From positions 5,518,001 through 5,582,000 of the forward strand of contig CM075989.1 of NCBI GenBank assembly GCA_038087875.1: 64,000 nucleotides of DNA. Reading direction: 5' to 3'. A program made the position numbers and the translations under genes. Source of the DNA: Malacoraja senta (taxonomy: Eukaryota). Shown in pieces: positions 11,597-23,370 of this stretch; position 1 is the first letter of the stretch; the number at the start of each line of letters is the position of its first letter. The notes beneath the pieces are model-generated. The model saw nothing but the letters and a program-made list of their open reading frames with translations, was not told the DNA's origin and searched no databases.

Positions 11597-11630
11597 GGCG
11601 ACGTTTCGGGTCGAGACCCTTCTTCAGACC
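11597..11630 (-). ncRNA. Minimal type I hammerhead ribozyme motif
   Basis: GGT-CTGAAGA-A-GGGTC-TC-GACCC-GAAA-CG-TC-GCC: conserved core, helix II, palindromic ACGT in place of helix III, and a 3-bp helix I. Confidence 0.75.
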
Positions 11631-11721
11631 GATGTCGGGGGGGACAGAGAAAAGGAAAGGAAGAGGCAGAGACAGTAGGATTGTGGGAGAGCTGGGAAGG
11701 GGAGGAGAGAGAAAGCAAGGA

Positions 11722-11945
11722 CTATCTAAAATTGGAGAAGTCAATGTTCATACCACTGGGGTGTAAACTACCCAAGCGAAACATAAGGTGCTGTTCCTCC
11801 AATTTACGGTGGTCCTCACTCTGGCCATGGAGGAGGCCCAGGACAGAAAGGTCGCATTCGGAATGGGAGGGGGAGTTGAAGTGCTGAGCCACCGGGAGAT
11901 CAGGTTGGTTATTGCGAACTGAGCGGAGGTGTTGGGCGAAGTGCG
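11722..11945 (-). pseudogene. Penelope GIY-YIG endonuclease C-terminal fragment
   Basis: HFN...HS, R..EE..L..RL....P.G.N motifs. Confidence 0.85.
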
Positions 11946-12344
11946 AACTGAGCGGACTTTTCATACCTCTAGTTTCCCTCTCCCTGTCCCTCAGTCTGAA
12001 GCAGGGTCTCGACCCGAAACGTCATCCATTCCTTCTCTCCAGAGATGCCACCTGACCCGCTGAATTACTCCAGCATTTTGTGTCTATCTAGACGTTGAAG
12101 AGATTGATTGGACTGAATTTTGTAGATGCAAGATATTCAACGTTAACTGAAGTTACGGGAAAAGAGCATGGAGGAGGTTTACAAGTTATCATCCAAAGTA
12201 ATCTCAGTTGTACAAGTTTATCTTGAGCTGAGGAATGGAAGCTTCTGTAACTTCATGGCTGCCACTTTAGTCAACAGTTTCAACAACTAGGACTTTACTC
12301 ATTTGCAAAAATGTATCAAAATGTTGATTGCAAGACTCCACCAA

Positions 12345-12570
12345 TTAGTAGATACAAGGAACTGCAGATGCTGGTTTACCAAAAAAGACAGAGTGCTGGA
12401 GTAACTTAACGTGTCAGGCATCATCTCTAGAGAACATGGGTAGGCAAGATTTTTGGGTCGGGATCTTTCTTCAGAAAAGGACATCTTCAGTCTGAAGAAG
12501 AAACCTGACTGAAAGCGTTGCCAATTCATGTTCTCCAGAGATGCTGCTTGACCTACTGGGCTACTCTATA
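12345..12570. repeat. Diverged Penelope pLTR inverted pair
   Basis: Minus arm 12345-12475 and plus arm 12488-12570. Confidence 0.7.
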
Positions 12571-12860
12571 GAGGGTCATAGCCTCAGAATTAAAGGACAT
12601 TCTTTTAGGAAGGAAATGAGTAGAAATTTCTTTAGTCAGATGATGTGGTATTCTTTGCCACAGAAGGCTGTGGAGGCCAAGTCAGTGAAGGGAGAGATAG
12701 ACAAATTCTTGATTCGTACAGGTGTCAGAGGTTATGGGGAGAAGGCAGGAGAATGGGGTTAGGAGGGAGAGATAGATCAGCCATGATTGAAGGGTGGAGT
12801 AGATGATGGGCCGAATGGCCTAATTCTGCTCCTATCACTTCTGACCTTATGATCTTATGA
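12570..12860 (+). mobile_element. CR1 LINE 3' fragment
   Basis: GHSLRIKG..FRKEMSRNFFSQ..LPQKAVEA..RGYGEKAGEWG followed by the 3' UTR. Confidence 0.85.
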
Positions 12861-13364
12861 CTCCCGCACTTTGTGCATTTTTTCCACCATTTGCAAATAA
12901 CTAGGCACATAGGCCAAGTTTGCTCTGCAGTTGTGGAAACGCTGGAGGAAAATGAGGCTCGTTTACTTCTTCCTCAGTTTTATTTCTTCCACCATCCTGT
13001 GGGCACTGAACATTTGATGGGTCCTGGTCTCCTTTTGTACTTGAGCTCTAACAATGAAAGCTATCAAATTATTTTCTCAAGGAAATTCATTGAAACCCCT
13101 AATATTAACTTGAACACAAAGCACTGGGGTGAATGAGCAGGTCAGGCAGCATCTCTGCAGGACATGGATGGACAACCCGTTGGGTTGGGATCTTTCTTCA
13201 TCTCCTGGCCTCACGAGCCAGACATGGCATGTTCTCTATTGGATCCTTGCCTGTACCGTATTATATGACTAATTAAAATTGAGGGAAATTTGGAACATAA
13301 GATAAATGAACATTTATACGTGGAATTCAAAGGGCCAGTGGTTTTGCCGGGTTTTTCTGTTACG

Positions 13365-13470
13365 GCAATATAGCCAGGACACTGGGAAACTCCCTGCTCT
13401 TCTATGAATAATGTCCTTGATCTTAGTCACCCATTTAAGGTCATGAAACAGACCAACTCTGATTGATAGG
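13365..13470 (-). mobile_element. DeuSINE (SacSINE1-like) relic
   Basis: gccaggacactgggaaactccctgctcttct..aataatgtcc resembles the reverse complement of the Deu domain as I recall it. Confidence 0.5.
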
Positions 13471-13474
13471 ATAA

Positions 13475-13782
13475 AGGGCCCGTCCCACTGTACGAGGTAA
13501 TTCAAGAGCTCTCCTGAGTAAAAAAAAAAAATCTAACTCGTGGTAAGCACGTATAATGTACGTAGCGGGTACGTCGGAGCTCGGGACGTCTCTTAGCGGC
13601 TCGTAACGCTAACGGCAGCTACTCGCGAAACGCGGTAAGCTCGTGAAGATTTTTCAGCACGTTGAAAAATGTCCACGAGAGCCCCATGTTCCTACGAGCG
13701 GCCATTACCGTAATTCTCCGAGTTCGAATCAGGGGAAACTCGGGAGAACTCTTGAATTAGCTCGTACAGTGGGACAGGCACT
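13475..13782. mobile_element. PIF/Harbinger-type MITE (CTCG/TACG-rich subfamily)
   Basis: About 45-bp TIR AGGGCCCGTCCCACTGTACGAGGTAATTCAAGAG / CTCTTGAATTAGCTCGTACAGTGGGACAGGCACT with TAA on both sides. Confidence 0.9.
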
Positions 13783-15699
13783 TAACACATTTGACAATGG
13801 AGAACACTCTTGGGTGCTGAAGCTGTCAGACTAAACGACGTGTCCAAAATCTGGAACATTGGTTCAGTAAACGAGCGTTTCACAACCTGAATTGAACAGC
13901 TTCCAAATGAGCCAACATAAAGAAATACAAGTGCTAAATAATATAGGTCAAAAGCTCCTTGAGGATAAAATCTAAACTCACAATTCAGAGCTGTTCAAAG
14001 AAAGAATGGAATGATTGCCTAAAATAATATCAATTAACAAGCATTCATGAGTTTGTACTAGGAAGCTCAAGGACTCTGTAACGACTCTGTTAAAGGAAAG
14101 TCAGGAGGGTTATTAATGCATAGAAACACTGCAGTCTATTCATAATAACCCAATGCTCCCTTTACTTGTATTCTTTGGGAGGTCATTGCGGCTTATTGTG
14201 CAATAAATAATGCATGATTGAGTGAGCACTTCTTCAGAATGAAAGGCTTGGAACGGATTAAACGGGGGCTTTGTGTTTGCATCAAGCAAGGTCGTCACCA
14301 TTGCAGCTCGGAGCCTTGACTATTACACCAAATAGGCTGAGTTCTCTGCCGAGCCATCACACAGCATTTACACAGTCGAGCATCTCGAATTAATTCATGG
14401 ATAGACTTCTTAGGAGGTTTCTGGACTCCACCAATTCCCGATATAATGTTGCAGTGTTCTTTATGTATTAATTCATGGGACACTGCAAGACCAGCATAAA
14501 AGTTCAGTTTAGTTTAGACACAAATTGCTGGAGTAACTCAGCGGGACATGCAGCATCTCCGGAGAGAAGGAATGGGTGATGTTTTGGGTCGAGATCCTTC
14601 TTCAACCTTTAGCTTAGTTTAGTTTAGCGAGACAGCATGGAAACAGGCCCTTCGGCTCACCAAGTCCATGTCGACCATCGATCACATGTTCACACTAGTT
14701 CTATGTTCATAAGATCATGTGATAGGAGTAGAATTCGGCCCATCGGCCTGAATTCGGCCCATCAAGTCTACTCTTCCATTCAATCGTGGCTGATCTAACT
14801 CTCCCTCCTAACCCCAATTCTCCTGCCTTCTCCCCATAACCTCTGGCGCCCTTACTAATCAAGAAATACTAATCAAGAAATACTAATCAAGATGGCATCC
14901 CACTGCCTCATCTATTCCCTAAACACAAGGGGCAATTAACCTACAAATCTGCACATCTTTGGGATGTGGGAGGAAACCGGAGCATCCAGAAGAAACCCAT
15001 GTGGTCACAGGGAGAATGTGCAAACTCCACCCAGATAGCACCTGAGGTCAGGATCGAACCCGGGTCTCTGGTGCTGTGTGGCAGTGGCTCCACCAGTTGC
15101 TGCCACATTTCAGGTCAACTGAAGAAGGGTCCCGATCCGGAAATGTTCTCCCTAGATGCTGCCTGATCCGTTGAGTTACTCGAGCACTTTGTGTCTTTTT
15201 TTTGTAAACTAGCATCTGCAGTTCCTTGGTCCTACATAAAAGTACGAACAGCACCGTGGCACAGTTAGTGCAGCCAGCACCTCACAGTGCCAGAGAGCAG
15301 TCTGTGTGGAGTTTGCATGTTCTTCCTGTGACCATATTTGTCCCCACTGGGTTCTCTGGTTTCCTCCCACTTCACAACGACTCACAGGTTGGTAGGCTGA
15401 TGGGTCACTGTTGTGTAGACGATAGTATCTAGGCGGAAGTAGGTGGGAGTACAGGGTGAATAAAATGGGATTAGTGTAGTATTAATGCAGACAGGAACTG
15501 CAGATGCTGTTTTATACCGATGATTGACACAAAGTGCTGGAGTAACTCAGCGGGACAGGCAGCATCTCCGGAGAAAAAGGATGGGTGACATTTCAGAAGA
15601 AGGTCATGTCTGAAGAAGGGTCCTGATATGAAATGTCATCCATCCATTTTCTTCTGAGATGCTGCCTGACCCATTAAGTTACTATCATAGCATTTAGGA

Positions 15700-16130
15700 G
15701 TATAGGAATAATGTATTGCCCTCTGTGACTGGGCACAGTACGATTATTTGCCTGCATACCCAACGTATACAAATAGCAGCCACCTACGACGCTGACAAAG
15801 TTACAAACCACACAGCTCCTCCTTTTGTGTCCCCCCCCCTCCCCCACGCCGGGTCCTCCATTGTTCTCCCCCCCCCCCTCATGGTGGTCCTCCGCACTCT
15901 CATCGCCGTCGCTGCGAGGTTTCACCGCCTCCGAGGCCCCGTTGCCGCGAGGCTTCACCGCTGCCGCCGCCGAGGCCTCACCGTTGCCGCCGCCCCACTT
16001 CACGCCTCCGTGGTGCCGACCCGGGCCCCAGCCGCGGGCTCCGTCCACCTGGGCTTCTACGCGGCGATCAGGGAGGCATCGAGACTCGATAGAGGCCTCC
16101 GCCCACTGTTCCCAGTCCACAGCCGTGGGC
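15700..16130 (-). mobile_element. GC-rich non-autonomous retroposon fragment (family B)
   Basis: Minus strand shares gggggggag/aacaatggaggacccggc..acaaaagg with 9965-10040; its 3' tail differs. Confidence 0.55.
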
Positions 16131-16908
16131 AATCAGGAAGCCTTGTGCAAATGGCTGCTTGATGGTTTGCATGGATTTGGTGGGCTGAAGAGCCTGTTTC
16201 CAAGCTGCTTCTCTCTGTGATAATGGGATAGAAGCCAGTGGGCAACCTTCAATATGATGCAACATCTTAAGACTTTGGTTCGGATGCATTTGGAGCATTG
16301 CATGCAGTTCTGGTTGCCCCATTACTGCAAGGATGTGGAGATCTTGGAGAGGGTGCCATGGTGATTTACCAGAATGCTGTCTGGATTAGAGGGTTTCAAC
16401 GACAACGAGAGGTCCGCGTGGACTCAATGGGTCGAAGGGCCTATTTCCGGACTGGCACAGCGCCCTCCCAGTCTGTGCTGGATAGACAGTCTGGGTCAAC
16501 TTGTGACAGGACACGGCAGGAGGACCAGAGCTGATGGCTCAGAGCTATGGAGTCTCTGGATTTGAGCAGCAATTTGTGAAAGTTATCAGGGTTTTGAGGG
16601 ACTTCAGAGATCTCCTTGCCTCTAACTTGAAGCCAAACCAAGTCAAGTCAGTCAAGTCACTTTTATTTATATAGCACATTTAAAAAACAACTCTCGTTGG
16701 CCAAAGTGCTTTACATTGGTGGAGGTACTAACGTTATACAATGTTGTGTATAACGTTATACAAACCAGGTATGGACTGCAGGTGACAAAGTGCTGGGGTA
16801 ACTCCGCAGGTCAGGCAGCATCGATGGAGAACATGGATGGGCGATGTTTCGGCTGGGACTCTTCTTCAGACTGAGTCTGAGGAGGGGTCCTGACCCAAAA
16901 CCTCGCCA

Positions 16909-17225
16909 GGGGCAGCACAGTGACACAGTGGTAGACTTGCTGCCTTACAGCGCCAGAGACCCGGGTTCAATCCTGAACACGGGTGCTGCCTGTGTGAATT
17001 TGCACCTTCTTCCTGTGACCACGTGGGTTTTCTCCGGGTGCTCCGGTTTCCTTCCACACTCCAAAGAAGTGAGGGTTCGTAGGCTAATTTGTCTTCAATA
17101 AAAATTTGTAAACTGTCCCTAGTGTGTAGGATAGTGCTAATGTACGGGGTGATCACTGGTCTGCGTGGTCTAGGTGGGCTGAATGGCCTGTTTCCGTGCT
17201 GTATCTCCAAAGTCCAGAGTCTAAA
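16909..17225 (+). mobile_element. V-SINE
   Basis: Full head, V-domain and tail. Confidence 0.88.
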
Positions 17226-18214
17226 AAGTTGAAGAAATCCCTTTCAAAACAACACCTAGGCCACGACCTCAGGAGACGCTGCCTGCCCCACTGAGTTACC
17301 TCAGCACTTAATGTTCTGCACAAGATTGCAGCATCTGCAGCTCCCAGTCTCCACCATAGACAGCAGATGCTGGGGCAGGGACCGTGCAGCGTGGAACCTT
17401 ACAGGGGGAGGTAAAGTCCCGGGTATGCTCACATTACCAAGTGAACCATGCCTAACAAGACACTAGATTTAGACCTGGAGACGTTCCCAGGAAATTCCCC
17501 TGACATCAAATTCTCCTTGGAGACGTTCAACAGCCAAACTGTTTTTGCTTTTCCCTGTGGCTTCACGTATAGATAATGTCACCCCCTCTCGTGTTGGGCA
17601 GCCATGTTTTCCGTGGAATCGTTCCAAGAACAAAGCTCAAATCAAACAGGAACCAAGAGCAATACCTTCCAACTTGACGTGGTCCATAAAATGGAACTGC
17701 AATGGAATAAAAACCCTGGTGGCAGTAACATCACAAAACCGAACGGAGGGACTAGAGGAGGAGATAGACACAAAATGCCGGAGTAGGGCAGGCAGGCAGC
17801 ATCTCTGGAGAGAAGGAACGGGTGACGTTTCGGGTGGAGACCCTTCTTCAGACTAGAGCTGAAGGTGACTCTGGACTGCTGCCAGGGTCAGTCTTTAACT
17901 GAGTTGCAGCTTGGCCACGTACATGTGGCAAGGTTTAGCCGTATGTGGGTGGTTTGTTTAATTTGCTGTGCTTGATTTAGCCCTGGAATGACGCATTTCC
18001 CTCTTCGAAAAATGATTTTCCTTTTCGCAGCTGATCTGTTTAACGGCAAAGGTCCAAGCTGACCAAGAGCGGCTGGCTGGTTAAAAGCCTGGAGATTCTG
18101 TAACCATGGGTCCAGTTCTGATAAAATGCACCTTCTATTTCATTATCATGTTTCGGAGAGATACGGGTAGAAGGGTTTCAAGCTTTGAAAGGATGAGACC
18201 AGTTGGATACAACA

Positions 18215-18679
18215 GAGGGACTAGAGCAGGAGATAGACACAAAATGCCGTAGCTCAGCGAGCAGGCAGGCAGCATCTCTGGAGAGAAGGAACGTGTGACG
18301 TTTCGGGTGGAGACCGGTGGGTCTCCGTGGGTCAGGCAGCATCTCCTGATGACGTGGCTAGGTGTTGTTTTGAAAGGGATTTCTTCACCTTTTTAGGCTC
18401 TGGACTTTAGAGATACAGCACGGAAACATGCCATTCAGCCCACCTAGACCACGCAGCCCACCTAGACCACGCAGACACTAGATTTAGACCTGGAGACGTT
18501 CCCAGGAGATTCCCCGACATCAAATTCTCCTTGGAGACGTTCAACGGCCAAACTGTTTTTTGCTTTTCCCTGTGGCTTCACGTATAGATAATGTCACCCC
18601 CTCTCGTGTTGGGCAGCCATGTTTTCCGTGGAATTGTTCCAATAACAAAGCTCAAATCAAACAGGAACCAAGAGCAATA
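18215..18679. repeat. Local mosaic duplication of segments from 17159-17842
   Basis: 18215-18314 matches 17746-17842 (direct); 18325-18477 matches 17159-17292 (inverted); 18474-18679 matches 17458-17664 (direct). Confidence 0.9.
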
Positions 18680-19036
18680 TCAGAGGCTACAGAGGCTAAG
18701 TTTGTTATATTCCTGAAATGGGTTTGGGGGCTTTGATGCCTCATTTACACCCACCATGGAAGGTGTCTCTATTCTCTATTACACCATGGGAACAGGCCCT
18801 TCGGCTCACTGTTTCCGCACTGGCCAGCGATTCCCGTACACGAGCACTAACCTGCACTATCGGGACAATTTACAATTATTACCAAAGGACAATTAACCTG
18901 ACAACCTGTTCGTCTTTGGAGTGTGGGAGGAAACCGGAGCACCCGTAGAAAACCCACGAGGTCACGGGGAGAACGTACAAACTCTGTATAGACAGCATTC
19001 ATAGTCAGGATCGAACCTGGGTCACTGGTGATGTAA

Positions 19037-19813
19037 AGGGCCTGTCCCACTTGGTTGACCTAATCCACGAGTTGATTAGACCCTAGATGAGTTGAAGAAA
19101 ATGTCACGGTCGTGTTGACTCGCCGAAGTAAAAGACCTCCTACGACTATGTCTACGACTTCCTACGACTAGGGTAGACAAAAGTGCTGGAGAAACTCAGC
19201 GGGTGCAGCAGTGTCTATGGAGCGAAGGAAATAGGCAACGTTTCTGGCCATTTCTTCTTCTGAAGAAGGGTTTCGGCCCGAAACGTTGCCTATTTCCTTC
19301 GCTCCATAGATGCTGCTGCACCCGCTGAGTTTCTCCAGCACTTTTGTCTACCTTTGATATTCCAGCATCTGCAGTTCCTTCTTAAACACTTCATACGACT
19401 ATGTCTATGACCTCCTACGACTATGTCTACGACCTCCTACAACCCCCCTCGACCTCAGTCTTCCACACCTAAGACCAACTACGACTAGCTACAAGTGGAA
19501 ATGGTCACATGGTAAAATGATGTCTTGGGCCAGTTACCGACCTATGACTACCTACGTCTACCATCACGACCTACCTACGAGTAAAAAGTATCCATTTTTT
19601 CCATGCCAACCTTTTTTTACTCGTGGACATTTTTATCAGGCTGGAAAAAAACGCCGCGACCTACTTGAGGCCACGAGTACGCAGAGACCACTCACGAGCA
19701 TGAGGAAGAGTTACGAAGACCTCCTACGACCTCGTGACGACCATGCTGCGAGTATGAGTCAAGGGCAAACGTGGCAGTGGTCGCCAATTAGGTCATGAAG
19801 TGGGACAGGGGCT
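19037..19813. mobile_element. PIF/Harbinger-type MITE (CTACGA-rich) containing a Penelope fold-back at 19171-19387
   Basis: TAA|AGGGCCTGTCCCACTT ... AAGTGGGACAGGGGCT|TAA; inverted sibling at 60518-61043; the Penelope insert is flanked by acttc(c/a)tacgacta. Confidence 0.9.
19260..19290 (+). ncRNA. Minimal hammerhead ribozyme motif (UUCG-loop variant)
   Basis: CTGAAGA-A-GGGT-TTCG-GCCC-GAAA-CG-TT. Confidence 0.6.
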
Positions 19814-19954
19814 TAAGACAGCAACTCTCTTGATGCGCCGCCATGCCGCCCATGCAAGGTTAGACACATGGATATATAGAGAATGGAGGGATATCGATCA
19901 TGTGCATCACGTTCGGCACAGACCTGTTCCTGCGTTGTATTGTTCTGTGTTCCA

Positions 19955-21715
19955 TGAAATGCCTGGGAGCTGCAGATCAGTGAGCCTAACATCAGTTATT
20001 GGCAGGTTATTGGAGAGGCAATTTATATTTGTATTTGCAAAGGCAGTGGTTGATTAGAGATAGACAGCATGGCTTTGTGCGAGGAAACGGCATCTCACAA
20101 ATTTGATTGAGTATTTTGGGCGGCACGGTGGCGTAGTGGTCGAGCCACTGCCTCACAGCGCCAAGGACCAGGGTTCGACCCTGACTACGGGTGCTGTTTG
20201 TATGGAGTTTGTATGTTCTCCCCGTGACCTGCGTGGGTTTTCTCCGAGATCTTCGGTTTCCGTCCGCGCTCCAAAGACGTACAGGTTGTTAGGTCAATTG
20301 GCGTAAAAGTAAAAAATGGTCCGAGAGTGTGTCGGATTGTGTTCATCGGCGGGGATCGCTGGTCGGAGCGGACGCGATGTATCTCTAAACTAAACTTTTA
20401 AGAGATGACCAAGAAGGTGGATGAGGACAGTGCAGTAGATGTTCTCTACATGAACTTTAGCAAGGCCCTTTACAAGGTCGGCTGGTCTGGAAGTTCAGAA
20501 GTTCAAAACACATGGGACCCTGGGTGAGCTAGGCAATTGGAAACAAAATTGGTAGGAAGGTAGGAGACAGTGAGGGACAGTGAAAGAAGGGTGCTCTTCA
20601 AACTAGAGGCATAGAACGAGCCTTGTTCTGTAGGGATCAATGATGGTCCACTTTTGTTATTTATGTTAACTGTTTGGATCTGAATGTAGGTGGCATAGTT
20701 AGAAAGTTTACAGATGACACTAAAATCGGTGGTGGAATGGACCTTGAAGTAGATTACCTAAGATTGCAATGGGTTTGTAGGAAGGAACAGATATTGGTTT
20801 ATACCAAAGATAGACACAAAGTGCTGGAGTAACACAGCGGGTCGGGCAGCTTCGACACAAAGTGCTGGAGTAAGTCTGAACAAGGGTTCCGACCTGAAAC
20901 ATCACCCATCCTATTTCCCCAGAGATGCTGCCTGACCCGTTGAGCTACTCCAGCACTTTGCGTCTATCTAAGATTTCAATGGGATCTTGATCAATTTGGG
21001 CCAATGGACTGAGGAATGGCAGATGAAGTCTAATTCACATAAATGCAATGTATTTCATTTTTGGTAAGTCAAACCAGGGTAGGACCTACGCAGTTAATGG
21101 TAAGGTCATGGGGAATCTTGTAGAACAGAGAGAGATCTAGGGCTGCTGTTATGGAGTTCCATGAAAGTGACCACACAGGTGGGCAGGGTGGTGAAGACTT
21201 GCCTTCATCAGTCATGTTATTGATGACTGGAGTTGGGACATCATGTTACAACTGTGCAAACATTGGTAAAGCTGCACCTGGAGTACTGTGCGTAATTCAG
21301 GTCATTTCGCTGGACAATCTGGGACTTTGTTCCCTGGAGCGTAGGAGGCTGAGGGGTGAATTTATAGAGGTATTTAAAATCATGAGGAGCATAGACAAGT
21401 TGAATAGCCATTGTCATTTCTGGGCTCTCAAGAAGGGTCCCGACCCAAATCGTCACCCATCCTTTTCCTCCAGAGATGTCGCCTGTCCCGCTGAGTTATT
21501 CCAGCACTTTGTGTCTATCTTCGATTTAAACCAGCATCTGCAGTTCCTTTCTACACGTCTTTTTCTGGGATGCGATGGCTAAAACAAGAGGCCATCGGTT
21601 TAAGGTTAGATGGGAAAGATTTAAAAGAGACCTGAGGGGCAACCTTTGCGCACATAGGTGGGTGTATACATGGAACAAGCTGCCAGAGGAAGTGATAGAG
21701 AAGGGTTCAATATTT
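19955..21715 (+). mobile_element. Old fragmented CR1 ORF2 with nested V-SINE (20118-20395) and Penelope pLTR pairs
   Basis: Remnants SVSLTSVIGRLLE, QHGFV, YMNFSKA, KFTDDTKIGG, SLERRRLRGEFIEVFKIM. Confidence 0.75.
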
Positions 21716-22300
21716 AGTATACTTTAGTTGAGAGATACAGCGCAGAAACAGGCCCTTCAGCCCACGGAGGTTGCGCCAACCAGCGATCCCTGCTCACTAA
21801 CGCCATCCTACACACTAGGGACAATTAACATTTATACCAAGCCAATTAACCTACAAATCTGCACAATAGACAATAGACAATAGGTGCAGGAGTAGGCCAT
21901 TCAAGCCCTTCGAGTTAGCACCGCCATTCACTGTGATCATGGCTGATTCATCCACAATCAACCCCCGTTCCTGCCTTCTCCCCATATCCCTTGTCTCCGC
22001 TATCTTTAAGAGCTCTATCTAACGCTCTCTTGAAAGCATCCAGAGAATTGGCCTCCACTGCCTTCTGAGGCAGGGAATTCCACAGATTCACAACTCTCTG
22101 GGTGAAAAAGTTTTTCCTCATCTCCGTTCCAAATGGCCTACATCTTTGGAGTGTGGGAGGAAACCGAAGATCTCGGAGAAAACCCACACAGGTCACGGGG
22201 AGAACGTACAAATTCCGTACGTACCAGCACCCTTAGTCAGGATTGAACCCAGGTCTCTGGCGCTGTGAGGCAGTATATCTTCTGCTGCCCACCGTGCCAT
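21715..22300 (-). mobile_element. V-SINE with a nested CR1 3' end (21863-22138, (CTATTGT)n tail)
   Basis: SINE halves flank a CR1 tail encoding EMRKNFFTQRVVNLWNSLPQKAVEA. Confidence 0.85.
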
Positions 22301-22644
22301 CTGCCGACACTTGAAAGGACATGAGCATGTACATAGATTGGCTGTGTTTAGAAGGATATGGGCAAGAGCAGGCAAGTGGATTAGCTCAGTTAGGCAACGG
22401 TGAACATTGATGGTTTGGGCCGAAGGGCATGTCTCCATGTTGTAGTGCTCTGCGACTCTAATCACACCCCAGGGCCACTCTCCATATTAAACCCATATGC
22501 CTTGATAACCTTAATGTCTGAAAATCTATTCATCTGTGTCTCGAACATACCCAACAACTGAGCCTCTCCATCTGGTTAGTGTCGTGAATTTGAAAATTTC
22601 ATCATTTGTTTAATCTCTGAGTGTTTAGTTGAATTTAACTTAGT

Positions 22645-22950
22645 TTTCATTAGTTTAGTATAGAGATACAATACGAAACAGTCCCTTTGATCTCCCGACT
22701 CCACGCCGACCATTGATCACCCGTTCACACCAGCTCTATGTTATCCCACTTTCTCATCCACTCCGTACACACTCAGGGCAAGTTACAGGACTGGTTAAGC
22801 ACATACCTCTGGGATGTGGAAGGAAGCCAGGGCACCAGGAGAAAACCCACAAGGTCACAGGGTGAACGTGGAAACTCACGCAGACATTACCCAGGGTCAG
22901 GATCGAACGCGGAATCTCTGGCGCTGTGTGGCAGCAACTCTACCACCCGC
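22645..22950 (-). mobile_element. V-SINE
   Basis: V-domain and head on the minus strand. Confidence 0.8.
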
Positions 22951-22971
22951 CGGGTAAAGAAATGTATTCTT

Positions 22972-23370
22972 TTTTTTCTTTTTTTCTTCTTTTAAAAAAA
23001 TATTTTAATTTTGTTAGAAGTACAATTGTATACAATCATATTTTCATAATACCTTTTATGTGCAGCTTCTTATTTTTTAAATTTTTTGTAATAAAGAAGA
23101 AACGAAAAAAGTTAGATAATGAAAAATAGAAAAATGTGAGATATATAGTGTGTGAAAAAGAAAAATAAAGAATGAAAAAGAAGTTGAGACATAGAAAATA
23201 GAAGAAAGAGAATAAAAGAAGAGAAGAGAAGAAAAGAAAATAGAAATAAGGAGGTCATTTATAATCTTGACCATCCACAGTCACGGATTAGCTTTTACAC
23301 CTGTTTTGCACCATATGTTTCCAAAAAGACGACCAAATGGAGACCAACTCGTTATGAATTGGTCAAATTT
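22972..23370 (-). mobile_element. 5'-truncated L1/Tx1-type insertion with A-rich tail
   Basis: 15-bp target duplication AAGAAATGTATTCTT at 22957-22971 and 23371-23385; minus strand begins KFDQFITSWSPF, then a T-rich UTR and an A-rich tail. Confidence 0.7.

Larger units (their letters stand above)
11500..12090 (-). mobile_element. Penelope-like element: GIY-YIG endonuclease C-terminus plus pseudo-LTR, with an inverted pLTR at its 5' end (11961-12090)
   Basis: Minus ORF FAQHLRSV..PVAQHFNSPSHS..DLSVLGL..RKLEEQHLMFRLGSLHPSGMN is a GIY-YIG C-terminus; it is followed by a hammerhead-bearing terminal repeat. Confidence 0.88.
18790..19852 (-). mobile_element. V-SINE interrupted in its head by a MITE
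   Basis: SINE at 18790-19036 resumes at 19817 (gacagcaactct..cgccatgccgccc). Confidence 0.8.

Noticed and set aside
11189..11887. 232-aa ORF
   Set aside because: Chimeric read-through of a LINE tail and antisense Penelope sequence.
14853..14892. Three copies of tactaatcaagaaa
   Set aside because: Simple slippage at the end of a CR1 fragment.
17990..18110. Splice-acceptor-like ttttccttttcgcag
   Set aside because: The frames I checked stop quickly or give no recognisable protein, and no partner exons were found.
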